Assembly (NCBI GenBank): GCA_963677925.2
Contig: CAXXYH010000004.1
Location: forward strand, 1,888,001 to 1,952,000
Length of the DNA: 64,000 bases
Direction: 5' to 3'
From: Spirochaetia bacterium
GTDB lineage: Bacteria > Spirochaetota > Spirochaetia > UBA9216
The translations under genes and the position numbers were made by a program. Shown here in pieces: positions 20,472 through 30,214 of the stretch (position 1 is its first letter; each line of letters starts with the position of its first letter). The notes beneath the pieces were generated by a model, which saw nothing but the letters and a program-made list of their open reading frames with translations, did not search any database and was not told the DNA's origin.

Positions 20472-21346
20472 TGATTGTACTTGATAAACCTGTTAAAAGG
20501 AAAAAACAGAGTTTTGCCGGACTGATGCTCCGCCGGTTTTTCAGAAACAAGGCAGCGGTTGTTGCTATGTGTTTTCTGTTTGTGCTTTTTTTCTGTGCGA
20601 TATTCTCTGATTTTATTACACCATATGATTATGCAAAGCAGTCTCTTGCAGACAGGCTTCAGTATCCAAGTCTCCAGCATCCCTTCGGAACTGATAACTT
20701 CGGAAGGGATATTCTAAGCCGTGTGCTTCGCGGCGGCCGGGTTTCGCTTCTTGTCTCCGCATCTGCTGTAGCCATTGCTACACTTGGTGCTGTAATTGTC
20801 GGTTCTGTTGCCGGATATCTCGGCGGCACTGCTGATAATATAATAATGAGAGTCACTGATATTTTCATGTCCATCCCGGGTATGCTTTTTGCTATGACTG
20901 TTTCAGCCGCCCTTGGTACGGGTATGGTGAATACGGCTATAGCGCTCGGGGTCACCTCGATAGCGCCTCTTGTAAGACAGATCCGTTCCTCGATTCTTCT
21001 AATCAAGGACCAGGAATTTATCGAGGCGTCAAAAGCTTTCGGCTGCAGTGACGCGACAATTATAATCAAGCATGTAATTCCGAATACAATAGCGCCAATG
21101 ATAGTTCAGATGTCTCTGCGTCTGGGAGATACCATTATGGCCATTTCAGGTCTGAGCTTCCTCGGTCTGGGTATTCAGCCTCCTATTCCCGAATGGGGCA
21201 ATATGGTTGCTGTAGGAAAAGAGTACCTTACTACATTCTTTCCTATGGTGCTGTTTCCCGGAGTAACGGTAATTCTGGCGATGCTTGCATTCAACCTTCT
21301 TGGAGACGGTCTTCGTGATGCGCTTGATCCAAGGATGAAAAGATAA
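20471..21346 (+). CDS. ABC permease (DppC/OppC-like)
   Basis: HPFGTDNFGRDILSR, EFIEAS, FNLLGDGLRDALDP. Confidence 0.93.
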   Translation: MIVLDKPVKRKKQSFAGLMLRRFFRNKAAVVAMCFLFVLFFCAIFSDFITPYDYAKQSLADRLQYPSLQHPFGTDNFGRDILSRVLRGGRVSLLVSASAVAIATLGAVIVGSVAGYLGGTADNIIMRVTDIFMSIPGMLFAMTVSAALGTGMVNTAIALGVTSIAPLVRQIRSSILLIKDQEFIEASKAFGCSDATIIIKHVIPNTIAPMIVQMSLRLGDTIMAISGLSFLGLGIQPPIPEWGNMVAVGKEYLTTFFPMVLFPGVTVILAMLAFNLLGDGLRDALDPRMKR

Positions 21347-21361
21347 GGGTAGAGCTGAAAT

Positions 21362-22372
21362 ATGAAACTTCTTGATATAAAAGATCTTTTTATTAGATTC
21401 AATACGGATATGGGCGTTGTCCATGCTGTAAACGGTGTGAATCTGACAATTAATGAGGGAGAGACCCTTGGTCTGGTTGGCGAGACCGGAGCTGGTAAAA
21501 CCACCACCGCACTCAGTATTCTTGGACTTGTTTCCATTCCCCCCGGAGAAATTACAAAAGGTGAAATCATTTTCAAAGACCGTGACGTAAGAAATATGAC
21601 AACCTCAGAACTTCAGAAGATCCGCGGTGCCGAAATATCCATGATATTCCAGGACCCCATGAGTGTTCTGAACCCTGTCATGACAATCGGCGATCAGATT
21701 ACCGAGGTTATCAGCCTGCACCAGAAATGTTCTGCGGCGGAAGCTGAAACTCAGATGATGGCAATGCTGGAGAAGGTCCGTCTTCCGGCAGAGAGAGCAG
21801 GGGAGTATCCGCACCAGTTTTCGGGAGGCATGAAGCAGAGGGTTGTTATTGCTATGGCCCTTGCCTGTAATCCCAAGCTGCTGATTGCGGATGAACCTAC
21901 AACCGCGCTCGATGTTACCATCCAGGCCCAGGTACTCGAGATGATTAATAAGCTTAAGAAAGAAAATAATACATCCATGCTGCTCATTACACATGACCTC
22001 GGAGTTGTTGCCGAATCATGTGAAAAGGTTGCAATTATGTATGCGGGAGAAATAGTTGAAAGCGGGAGGGTAGAGGATATTTTTAACCGGACTGCCCATC
22101 CGTATACAATCGGACTTTTTAATTCCATCCCCGCAATGGATGGTGTAAAATGCCGGCTGAAACCGATTCCCGGAATGATGCCTAATACGCATGACATGCC
22201 TGAGGGCTGTAAATTCAGCAACAGATGTCCCTATGCTTCAGAAATAGAAAAATGCACCATGGAAGAGCCGAAGGCTGTTGAACTTACACCGGGACATTTT
22301 GTCAGATGCTTCAAATGTGAAATGGATGACAAAGCCGGACTGACACTAAGAGAGGGATGCCTGGATGAGTAA
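21362..22372 (+). CDS. ABC ATPase (DppD/OppD-like)
   Basis: GETGAGKT, YPHQFSGGMKQR, ADEPTTALD, Cys-rich C-terminus. Confidence 0.94.
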   Translation: MKLLDIKDLFIRFNTDMGVVHAVNGVNLTINEGETLGLVGETGAGKTTTALSILGLVSIPPGEITKGEIIFKDRDVRNMTTSELQKIRGAEISMIFQDPMSVLNPVMTIGDQITEVISLHQKCSAAEAETQMMAMLEKVRLPAERAGEYPHQFSGGMKQRVVIAMALACNPKLLIADEPTTALDVTIQAQVLEMINKLKKENNTSMLLITHDLGVVAESCEKVAIMYAGEIVESGRVEDIFNRTAHPYTIGLFNSIPAMDGVKCRLKPIPGMMPNTHDMPEGCKFSNRCPYASEIEKCTMEEPKAVELTPGHFVRCFKCEMDDKAGLTLREGCLDE

Positions 22373-23330
22373 TTATCTGCTTGAAGTTAAAAATCTGATG
22401 AAATTCTTCAAATCACCCAGGGGAATGCTGCACGCTGTTGACGGTGTGTCTTTCGGGATAGAAAAGGGAAAGACTCTTGGAGTCGTTGGTGAATCAGGCT
22501 GCGGAAAGTCGACGCTCGGCCGCGCCATCATAGGTCTTAACGAGGCTACAGGCGGGCAGGTATTCTTCAAGGAGCGTGAAATAACACATCTGCGTGGACG
22601 GGAAAGAAAAAAATCAAAACGTAATATGCAGATCATCTTTCAGGATCCCTTTTCATCGCTTGACTCCAGAATGAATGTGCTTCAGCTTATCGCAGAACCA
22701 CTTAAGGTAACCCGTGCTGTAAAGGGCAAGGCTGCAATTGAGAAAAAGGTAGCCGAGCTTATGGATACAGTCGGGCTTGATGAAAACTACAGATACTCCT
22801 ATCCGCATGAACTTGACGGCGGAAGACGTCAGAGAATAGGTATTGCAAGAGCTCTGGCGCTTGAACCTGAGTTTATTGTCTGCGATGAGCCGGTATCGGC
22901 GCTTGATGTGTCCATACAGGCTCAGATTCTGAACCTTATGAGTGACCTGCAGAAGGAAAAGGCTCTCACATATATTTTTATCACGCACGATCTATCGGTT
23001 GTCCGGCATATATCTGATGATATTCTAGTAATGTATACAGGCTGTCTGATGGAGAAGGCTGAGGTTGAAGACCTTTTTAAAAATCCGCTCCATCCATATA
23101 CAAAGGGCCTTCTCTCAGCGATACCGATCCCCTCTCTAAATGTTAAACGCGAACGGATACTGCTTGAAGGTGAAATAACTTCTCCTGTCAATCCTTCACC
23201 CGGATGCCGGTTCTGTTCAAGATGCATTTACGCTAAGGATAAATGTAAGATGGAAAATCCGCCTACAGAAGAGGTTTTACCCAATCATTTTACGGCATGT
23301 CATTACGTCAGGGAGATAAACGGATTTTAA
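22365..23330 (+). CDS. ABC ATPase (DppF/OppF-like)
   Basis: GESGCGKS, YPHELDGGRRQR, CDEPVSALD, HPYT. Confidence 0.94.
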   Translation: MSNYLLEVKNLMKFFKSPRGMLHAVDGVSFGIEKGKTLGVVGESGCGKSTLGRAIIGLNEATGGQVFFKEREITHLRGRERKKSKRNMQIIFQDPFSSLDSRMNVLQLIAEPLKVTRAVKGKAAIEKKVAELMDTVGLDENYRYSYPHELDGGRRQRIGIARALALEPEFIVCDEPVSALDVSIQAQILNLMSDLQKEKALTYIFITHDLSVVRHISDDILVMYTGCLMEKAEVEDLFKNPLHPYTKGLLSAIPIPSLNVKRERILLEGEITSPVNPSPGCRFCSRCIYAKDKCKMENPPTEEVLPNHFTACHYVREINGF

Positions 23331-23426
23331 GTCTGCAATTCACAATATTTTTCTTTTATTTAATTATAATACTTGATTTTACGGTTCATTGAAATCATAG
23401 TTTAGGTTATATAAAGGAGAAAAAAT

Positions 23427-25382
23427 TTGCTGATAAAAACAAAATTTTCGATTATTGTAGCGATACCAATTATTTCAATATTCGGAATTTTTATGATTGG
23501 TATCATTAACTTCCTGAATATACAAACAGATATTCAGGAAGTGCTGGCTCTTCAGAATGACCGCATTATGATCAGTGAAGCTGACCGCGATGCATATCAG
23601 GCGTTAGTATCTGAAATGAACAGTACAGGAGCTCTTAGTGTTGCAGAAGCTGAGCAGGCGTTGTCGGATTATGAGGAGAACGCTGAACAGACACTAAACA
23701 GGGTTGGTACAGGTGAATCCAGGTTCAGTCCTGGAATGGTAGCTATCTTTAGTGCTTTTAAATCTGACTTTGGAAAATGGAAGGATATCAGTTCACAGAT
23801 AATCAATAAGGCGCTGAATGTATCTGAAGCGAATCAGAGGCGGGATGAACTTGAGTCAGAGGCGATCAAATCGTTTGACAATGTACGGAATATCATAAAT
23901 CAGCTTGGTGAATTAATAGATCAGCAGCTCACCGGGAACCTCTCAGCGTCAAGACGCAGGGCGCTTGAACAGGCGTTATCGCTTGTTTTAAACGGAGACC
24001 GTGACCTTTATCAGGCATATACGGCTGCACTGCTTATGGGCCGTGCAGAGAATGATGCGGAACTTGCCCGGTATCTTGCTGACTATTCTGAAAATGTAGA
24101 CCAGGTTCTTGAAAGAGTTTCCAGTTCTGCAGATATCTACGGAGCGTCCGTTGTGCAGCTGTCCAATGATTTTGATAAGGAAATTGCCCAATGGAAGCTG
24201 CTGACGGATGAGATAGCTTCCATAGCGGATGCTAACTTTGATGATAATTTTTTCATCAGTTCACAGGCCGGAACCATGATGGAATTCTTTGAGTCAATGA
24301 GGGAGAAGATTAATCAGCTTGGCGAGGCTGAACAGGAAAAGATTGAGTCAATAATAAACGAGCTGTTTAGAGGAATACGCACTTCAATCATGCTCTATAT
24401 AATTTTTATCTCAGCAGCTGTAATTCTTACAACAGTTTCTGTTGTCCTGATTGCTCTTGGTATTAATCGTAATATTTTGAAGGGATTGAAACTTTCGCAG
24501 GAACTTGCTGCGGGAGATCTGACAACATATGATGATATAGATCGGATTTCAAGTGATGAAATTGGAAAGCTGGTCGTATCTGAAATCTCAATGGCAAGAA
24601 AATTCAGGGAAATCATATCCAATATAATTATTACTGCCGGGAATGTGGCGTCAGCAAGTCAGCAGATAAGCTCAAGCTCCGAGATTGTTTCTTCAGGCTC
24701 GGAACAGCAGGCTTCGGGAATTGAGGAAGTCTCCGCTTCAATTGAGCAGATGAGTTCCAATATTAAACAGACTGCTGAAAACGCCTTTGTTACGGAAAAA
24801 TTATCAAATAAGGTGGTTGAGAACGCCGGAAGTACCAAGAAGTCGGTTGATAATACAATCGATATGATGGACAGAATTTTAGAAAAGACCGAACTGATAG
24901 AAAGTATTGCCAATCAGACGAACCTTCTGGCACTTAATGCTGCGATTGAAGCTGCAAGAGCCGGCGATACCGGAAAGGGATTTGCAGTAGTCGCCAGTGA
25001 GGTTAGAAAACTGGCGGTTAACAGTAAAACTGCTGCAATCGAAATCAGCCAGCTTTCTGCTGATGCGGTAAATGTCTCGAAAGAAGCAGGTGAAAATCTT
25101 GATATTCTTGTTCCTGATATTAAAAAGACATCAGAACTGATTAACGAGATGAGTTCGGCAATGAGAGAACTCGAAATTGGAACAAACCAGATAAGTGAGA
25201 GCATAGTTCAGCTGGATACCGCTGTTCAGGCAAATGCCGCTTCATCAGAGGAACTTGCTGCAACTGCAGAAGAAATGAACGCCCAGGCTCAGGAATTAAG
25301 AGATCAGATGGATTTTTTCAATACAGGAGACAGCGGCCGGAATAGAGAGGATGAAAGACTAAGCCTTCCTGAACGCGTTTAA
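23427..25382 (+). CDS. Methyl-accepting chemotaxis protein
   Basis: Two TMs, [39 protein letters not shown]. Confidence 0.96.
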   Translation: MLIKTKFSIIVAIPIISIFGIFMIGIINFLNIQTDIQEVLALQNDRIMISEADRDAYQALVSEMNSTGALSVAEAEQALSDYEENAEQTLNRVGTGESRFSPGMVAIFSAFKSDFGKWKDISSQIINKALNVSEANQRRDELESEAIKSFDNVRNIINQLGELIDQQLTGNLSASRRRALEQALSLVLNGDRDLYQAYTAALLMGRAENDAELARYLADYSENVDQVLERVSSSADIYGASVVQLSNDFDKEIAQWKLLTDEIASIADANFDDNFFISSQAGTMMEFFESMREKINQLGEAEQEKIESIINELFRGIRTSIMLYIIFISAAVILTTVSVVLIALGINRNILKGLKLSQELAAGDLTTYDDIDRISSDEIGKLVVSEISMARKFREIISNIIITAGNVASASQQISSSSEIVSSGSEQQASGIEEVSASIEQMSSNIKQTAENAFVTEKLSNKVVENAGSTKKSVDNTIDMMDRILEKTELIESIANQTNLLALNAAIEAARAGDTGKGFAVVASEVRKLAVNSKTAAIEISQLSADAVNVSKEAGENLDILVPDIKKTSELINEMSSAMRELEIGTNQISESIVQLDTAVQANAASSEELAATAEEMNAQAQELRDQMDFFNTGDSGRNREDERLSLPERV

Positions 25383-25408
25383 GTATTATTTATCGTCTAT
25401 TATAATAT

Positions 25409-25441
25409 TTACCGGAACCTGGCTCATGCAGGTTCCGGTAA
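25409..25441. terminator. Bidirectional terminator hairpin
   Basis: TTACCGGAACCTG / CAGGTTCCGGTAA inverted repeat between convergent genes. Confidence 0.7.
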
Positions 25442-25449
25442 TATAGCTT

Positions 25450-25647
25450 CTAACGGGAATGTGTATTGATTTTAAACGGAATATACAATGGGCAGAATGA
25501 AAGGGCGGAGGTGCCTAGCATAATCAGTCCGAGTATCCCAATCCACCAGAGTCTGCCTGTACTTATCTGCAGCACTATTGCAGCCGCAACAATAATAAGT
25601 CCCAAGAACAATCTGATTATTCTGTCTGTTTTACCTATGTTTTTCAT
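25450..25647 (-). CDS. DUF2892 (YgaP-like) small membrane protein
   Basis: KNIGKTDRIIR...FCPLY..F.INT. Confidence 0.88.
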   Translation of the reverse strand: MKNIGKTDRIIRLFLGLIIVAAAIVLQISTGRLWWIGILGLIMLGTSALSFCPLYIPFKINTHSR

Positions 25648-25714
25648 TTAGAACTCCTATATATACAATATAATATATTAAAATGAAAAAGCTAAGTAAA
25701 AAATATTCAGGAGT

Positions 25715-26218
25715 TCATAAAGAAAAATTCTCTCTGACAGAATTAAATAATGCTTCAAAAAAAGGACTCTTTTCTGATTTTATCTTGTGTTCAGAGAGAA
25801 CCTCATCTCTTTCATTCAGAAAATACTGATAAAGAAATTTCAGTGCTTTGCTTTTTGTCGGTGGACGGTAGCATAGTTCCACAATTTTCTTTGTCTCAGC
25901 AACGTCCATGAAATGTTTTCTGCCGTTAACTGTAAAATAATATGTTTTTCCATTTTTGGAGCGATCTATTTCAATTTCAAAGCCTATGTTCTCGCCGGTA
26001 TTTTTTTTCGAAGAAGAACTGCTGTTTACTGCATTCTTCTTACTGCTGATTTTCTCAAGATCCCTGTTCAGTTCAACCACCCTCTGGTTGTGAATAATCG
26101 TATTTGCCTGCTGAAGCAGAAATACCAGACCTTCTTCATCTATCTGAGGTACGAGTTCAATAAGTTCATTACGAAGTTTTCCAGCCAGGCTGTTTTTTGA
26201 TTCTTTGCTTTCCGCCAT
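25715..26218 (-). CDS. Hypothetical protein
   Basis: ORF with GGAG SD before ATG 26218; no recognisable motif. Confidence 0.65.
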   Translation of the reverse strand: MAESKESKNSLAGKLRNELIELVPQIDEEGLVFLLQQANTIIHNQRVVELNRDLEKISSKKNAVNSSSSSKKNTGENIGFEIEIDRSKNGKTYYFTVNGRKHFMDVAETKKIVELCYRPPTKSKALKFLYQYFLNERDEVLSEHKIKSEKSPFFEALFNSVRENFSL

Positions 26219-26406
26219 TTTTGTCTCCAACGAAAATGTAGCACAATAGAAGCAATTTTATACAAATTTACGCTTAATTTACATTCTGTTTACACTAAAA
26301 TTGTGAATTGAGTATATATTATTCTCAGCATTGCTAAGTGGTAATGCGCATACGATTTTTCTTTCAATCGGGCTTGGCGCCGTGAAAGAAATAGTTTTTC
26401 TCCTGA

Positions 26407-26433
26407 CAGGCGGCCTTCGTTGATGGCCGCCTG
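26407..26433. terminator. GC-rich terminator-like hairpin
   Basis: CAGGCGGCC / GGCCGCCTG inverted repeat just past the aldolase stop. Confidence 0.65.
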
Positions 26434-26452
26434 GCTTATTTAAAGATTCATG

Positions 26453-27736
26453 TTATAATCCGAATGCAGATTTAAGATCTTCAACCTGTTCATCACTGAT
26501 GAAAACTATCTCTCCCAGTTTTTTTGCGGCCAGAACAGCTTTTGCACTGAACTCTGCAACTTCAAGGCGGTCAAAGGCATTGAGAAGATTGCTTCCGGTA
26601 ACAAGAAGTGAATTATTTCTGAATATAATAAGCGGAGATTTTGTTGAGATTTTATCGGCAACTCCCTCCCTGTCGGTAAAAGATGAACCGTAGGGCATCA
26701 GCGGAATATCTCTGAGCATTACATAACACTCTGGAATAGTTCTTGTATCAAATTCGGTGTTGGTAATGCCGAAAGCCATTATATTCGGCGGATGAGCAAT
26801 TATAATCGAGTTTATTTCAGGATTCTTCTGATAAATCAGTCTGTGCAGGGCTGCTGAACGGCTTGGACTCTTTCCGGATTCTCTTTTTCCTTCATTCACA
26901 AGTACGAGATCATCAATTTCCATATACTTTCTGTCCATATTGTAAGGAGTGATGATAAATGAATCATTTCCGGTTCTTGATGAAAAGGTGCCCTCAGTAC
27001 TTGTAAAAAGTTTCTGATCATAAGCCCGGTGTATCAGCGTGATCATCTCTCGCCGCAGCCTCTTTTCCTCTGAGCTGTGATAATCCGGAGTAAATTCGGG
27101 AAGAACTGCTAATTCCGCCTTATTCATTGATAGCTGTTCATCAGTAAGATCTACTGCTTTACCCATCCGGGCGGCTTTAATCTGAAGCCGTGCACAGAAG
27201 TCCAGGGTCTCAAACCTTTCAAAGGCCTGAAAGAGAGTGTCTCCGGCAATCAGGACTCCATGGTTCTCCAGCATAATTATATTAGCACCGGTTTCAAGTT
27301 CGGCGGCTATATTCTTTCCTAGTTCTTCAGTACCGGGGGTGGCGTAGGGCGCCATTCGTATATCTCCGCAGACCCTGTAGGCTGTCGGGTTTATGCGGGT
27401 ATTGGGAATTGTCCTGGTTATACTGTAGGCGACAAGTGCCGGCGGGTGGGCATGAAGCACAGCCTTGATTTCGGGTCTGCTTTTATAGGCCGCCAGGTGA
27501 AACGGATACTCGGAAGACGGTCTTAAAGCTCCGATAAATTTTCCGTCGGGTTTTATACAGACTATATCTTCAGTTACCAGAGAACCCTTGTCCTTCCCGG
27601 CAGGAGTTATCCAGACATCGCCGTTTTCATCCATAATGGAGAGGTTTCCTCCGGATGTTGTGGTCATACCGTATCCGTAGATTCTGTCCATTATCATTAT
27701 AAGCTGTTCTGCGGGATGGTGAAGGCTGAAATCCAT
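26453..27736 (-). CDS. Class II aldolase/adducin family protein with two tandem domains
   Basis: TTSGGNLS, PSSEYPFH, HAHPP, LENHG in domain 1; degenerate repeat (STEGTFS, IAHPP, FRNNS) in domain 2. Confidence 0.88.
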   Translation of the reverse strand: MDFSLHHPAEQLIMIMDRIYGYGMTTTSGGNLSIMDENGDVWITPAGKDKGSLVTEDIVCIKPDGKFIGALRPSSEYPFHLAAYKSRPEIKAVLHAHPPALVAYSITRTIPNTRINPTAYRVCGDIRMAPYATPGTEELGKNIAAELETGANIIMLENHGVLIAGDTLFQAFERFETLDFCARLQIKAARMGKAVDLTDEQLSMNKAELAVLPEFTPDYHSSEEKRLRREMITLIHRAYDQKLFTSTEGTFSSRTGNDSFIITPYNMDRKYMEIDDLVLVNEGKRESGKSPSRSAALHRLIYQKNPEINSIIIAHPPNIMAFGITNTEFDTRTIPECYVMLRDIPLMPYGSSFTDREGVADKISTKSPLIIFRNNSLLVTGSNLLNAFDRLEVAEFSAKAVLAAKKLGEIVFISDEQVEDLKSAFGL

Positions 27737-27809
27737 GTTATGCTCCTTAATACTTTATATAAAAAGATTAAATGATACGGAAGCTGTTATCAAGTTTCCG
27801 CCCGTCCAT

Positions 27810-28799
27810 TCAGACTATTCCGTAACTGATCACAGTGTATGCAACATAAAGCGCTAAAAGCAGTAAACCGTGCCACCTCTTCACGTGGGTCTTTGAGAAT
27901 AATGTAATGAGCCTGAATACCAGAAGGATTCCAATCATTACAGGAAACTGCAGTTTGAAAAAGTATACCGGAACATGAAGACCTGCCGGTGTTACCGACG
28001 CAGCAGCGCCCACAACAAAGAGGACGTTGAGTATATCCGCGCCTATGACATTTCCGATAGCCAGGTCTCCATGGCCTCTTCTTGCTGCCGATATAGCAGT
28101 GACAAGTTCAGGGAGTGAGGTCCCGAAGGCGACAAGGGTTGCTGCTATTATGCTGTCGGGAATTCCTATTCTTTTTGCTGTTTCTTCAACTGTGGGAATC
28201 AGAACTTTTGATGAAATAATTATGAGTGCCGCACCAAGAGCTAGTTTCAGTAGTACTATCAGTACGGGTGATGCATCGGCTGTTTCGGTACTCACTTCAT
28301 CAACAGTGCCGTTCTTTGACCATTTGATGGAAATAACCATGTAAATAACTAGCAATGCGATAAGTATAAATCCGAATATCTGCGATATATTTCCAGCTAT
28401 AAGGCCTGTCGCCGCAAGCAGCAGTCCGGCTCCGAACTGAATCCAGCCCTGTCGGTTTACAATCCGTCTATCAAGAACAAGCGGAGAAATAAGTGCTGCA
28501 ATACCTATTATCAGTCCTGTGTCACAGATAATGGAACCGACAGCGTTTCCAAGTGCAAGATCGGGATTTCCCTGCAGTGCTGCTAATACAGATACGGATG
28601 CTTCCGGCAGGGTAGTGCCCAGGCTTACTATAGTAGCCCCTATCAGCAGTTTGGGAATGCCCCATCTGACTGAAAGGCTGACAGCCTCATCAACCAGAAT
28701 ATCAGCACCCTTTCCCAGCACATACAGTGTTGCAGCTATGATGATAAACAGGACTACAACAGCCTGTCCGTGGATAAAAGACGCCAGAAATTCTTCCAT
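27810..28799 (-). CDS. Calcium/sodium antiporter, CaCA (YrbG-like) family
   Basis: Alpha repeats SLGTTLPE and AFGTSLPE; GNAVGS and GNVIGA. Confidence 0.92.
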   Translation of the reverse strand: MEEFLASFIHGQAVVVLFIIIAATLYVLGKGADILVDEAVSLSVRWGIPKLLIGATIVSLGTTLPEASVSVLAALQGNPDLALGNAVGSIICDTGLIIGIAALISPLVLDRRIVNRQGWIQFGAGLLLAATGLIAGNISQIFGFILIALLVIYMVISIKWSKNGTVDEVSTETADASPVLIVLLKLALGAALIIISSKVLIPTVEETAKRIGIPDSIIAATLVAFGTSLPELVTAISAARRGHGDLAIGNVIGADILNVLFVVGAAASVTPAGLHVPVYFFKLQFPVMIGILLVFRLITLFSKTHVKRWHGLLLLALYVAYTVISYGIV

Positions 28800-28841
28800 A
28801 AAAAATTACTCCCTCTCTCTAATATTAGCTTTTTAATACCT

Positions 28842-28893
28842 AAAAAAAAAGACCTTTATCCCTGCACAAATCTTATGCATGGATAAAGGTCTT
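28842..28893 (-). terminator. Riboswitch expression-platform terminator
   Basis: Minus strand AAGACCTTTATCC...GGATAAAGGTCTT followed by a T run; overlaps the aptamer 3' strand. Confidence 0.8.
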
Positions 28894-28985
28894 GCATTTC
28901 CTGAATAAGGAACTAACTGCCCGGGCTTTTATTGCCGTATTGACGAACAGTTAAAACAGTCACCTGTCAGCTACTCCCCTTTATT
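28883..28985 (-). ncRNA. yybP-ykoY (Mn2+-sensing) riboswitch
   Basis: Minus strand reads UAAAGGGGAGUAGC...UCGUCAAUACGGC...GCAAGACCUUUA, matching the yybP-ykoY consensus, upstream of a cation exchanger. Confidence 0.88.
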
Positions 28986-29066
28986 ACTTTGGATAATTTA
29001 ACAGAAAAATTAATATTAGTCCAATATTAATTTGCTAAGCAGATCTGTTTTTCATACTCTATATAT

Positions 29067-29813
29067 ATGGATGATTTTTCAGGAAAAAAAATATTTATAC
29101 TTTACCCGGATAAACAGTTAAGAGATAAAATATTTCACGGCTATTTGAGAGACCAGTTTGAAATATATTATCTTTCAGACCATGAAAAAATACGTGCTTT
29201 GATGGAATTCTATCCGGGCAGTATTCTATGTATAAATCTGATTAAAAACGATTTCAGCTGGCTTGCGAAGGATGTTTACGAGCAGCTATCCGATTTAGAA
29301 TATGAGCATAAGATTACCATGATTTCTCTATATGAGGATCTGCCTCCAGAAACCGATTTCTGGGATGCTTCAGTCTGCTGTCATGGGGAGTCCGAAATCG
29401 TTATAGAGGACCTGCGCAATACTTTCACAAGGTTCGGGGGCAAGGGCAGGAGAAATTTTGTAAGATACGGAGGGTACGGAGAAACTGTAGCCGGAATCAA
29501 GGTTATTCTGCCGGCAATGGTTGCGGAAGGCCATGTTCATGATATAAGCGCTCTCGGATTATCCTGCAGTCTTCCGGATCAAAGCGAGATCCCCGTCTCT
29601 GATGAACTTTTGGAAATAAGATTGGATCTTGGCGCTGAGCACCTCTATCTTAAAGCAATGAAGAACCTTGAACGCAAGATCACAGGCCGAAAAATACATG
29701 TCATGATATTTGATCGTAACATGGATTCTGAAAATCAGAGAGCCTTGTATAATTTTATACACAGCTCGCTTGATGCCGGTATGAATGAATTTATAAAAAA
29801 TCTATCTGATTGA
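29067..29813 (+). CDS. Protein with C-terminal PilZ domain
   Basis: RRNFVR (RxxxR) and DISALG (DxSxxG) motifs. Confidence 0.75.
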   Translation: MDDFSGKKIFILYPDKQLRDKIFHGYLRDQFEIYYLSDHEKIRALMEFYPGSILCINLIKNDFSWLAKDVYEQLSDLEYEHKITMISLYEDLPPETDFWDASVCCHGESEIVIEDLRNTFTRFGGKGRRNFVRYGGYGETVAGIKVILPAMVAEGHVHDISALGLSCSLPDQSEIPVSDELLEIRLDLGAEHLYLKAMKNLERKITGRKIHVMIFDRNMDSENQRALYNFIHSSLDAGMNEFIKNLSD

Positions 29814-29838
29814 CAGATACAGTTTTAGATAATATTCT
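29810..29838 (+). promoter_or_regulatory. Sigma70-type promoter for the TM1266-ABC operon
   Basis: TTGACA (29810-15), 17 nt, TATTCT (29833-38). Confidence 0.65.
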
Positions 29839-29921
29839 GTAGAGGCTCTGATGGAAGGTTTTACTGACCTGAGGTGTAAAATGAACATCACTTCAATAAC
29901 CTTCCTCCAGAAGGAGGACAG

Positions 29922-30194
29922 ATGAGCCAGACAGAAAAACGATACGCATTTACCGGAATTATAATCCAGGAGCGCGAAAAAAGTGCATCTGCGGTGCAGC
30001 AGATAATTTCTGAATATTCTACTATTATAATGGGTAGAATGGGCCTTCCTAATATAGACAACGGAAAACTTTCAATAATTACTCTTATCCTCCATGCCAA
30101 TACAGACGAAATAGGTGCATTTACAGGTAAACTCGGAAGAATTGACGGGGTAACTGTTAAAACCGGTATCAGCAAAACGATTGAACCGGAATAA
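29922..30194 (+). CDS. TM1266-family (ACT/NikR-C-like) putative regulator
   Basis: VQQIISEYSTIIMGRMGLP...DEIGAFTGKLGRIDGVTVK. Confidence 0.82.
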   Translation: MSQTEKRYAFTGIIIQEREKSASAVQQIISEYSTIIMGRMGLPNIDNGKLSIITLILHANTDEIGAFTGKLGRIDGVTVKTGISKTIEPE

Positions 30195-30214
30195 AATTTT
30201 TAAAGGATGATCGA

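Noticed and set aside
22365-23330. ABC signature ELDGG instead of LSGG
   Set aside because: A familiar variant in one DppF-like subfamily; not evidence of inactivation.
26453-27736. Double-length class II aldolase
   Set aside because: Tandem-domain members of this family are common in anaerobes, and nothing else here is unusual.
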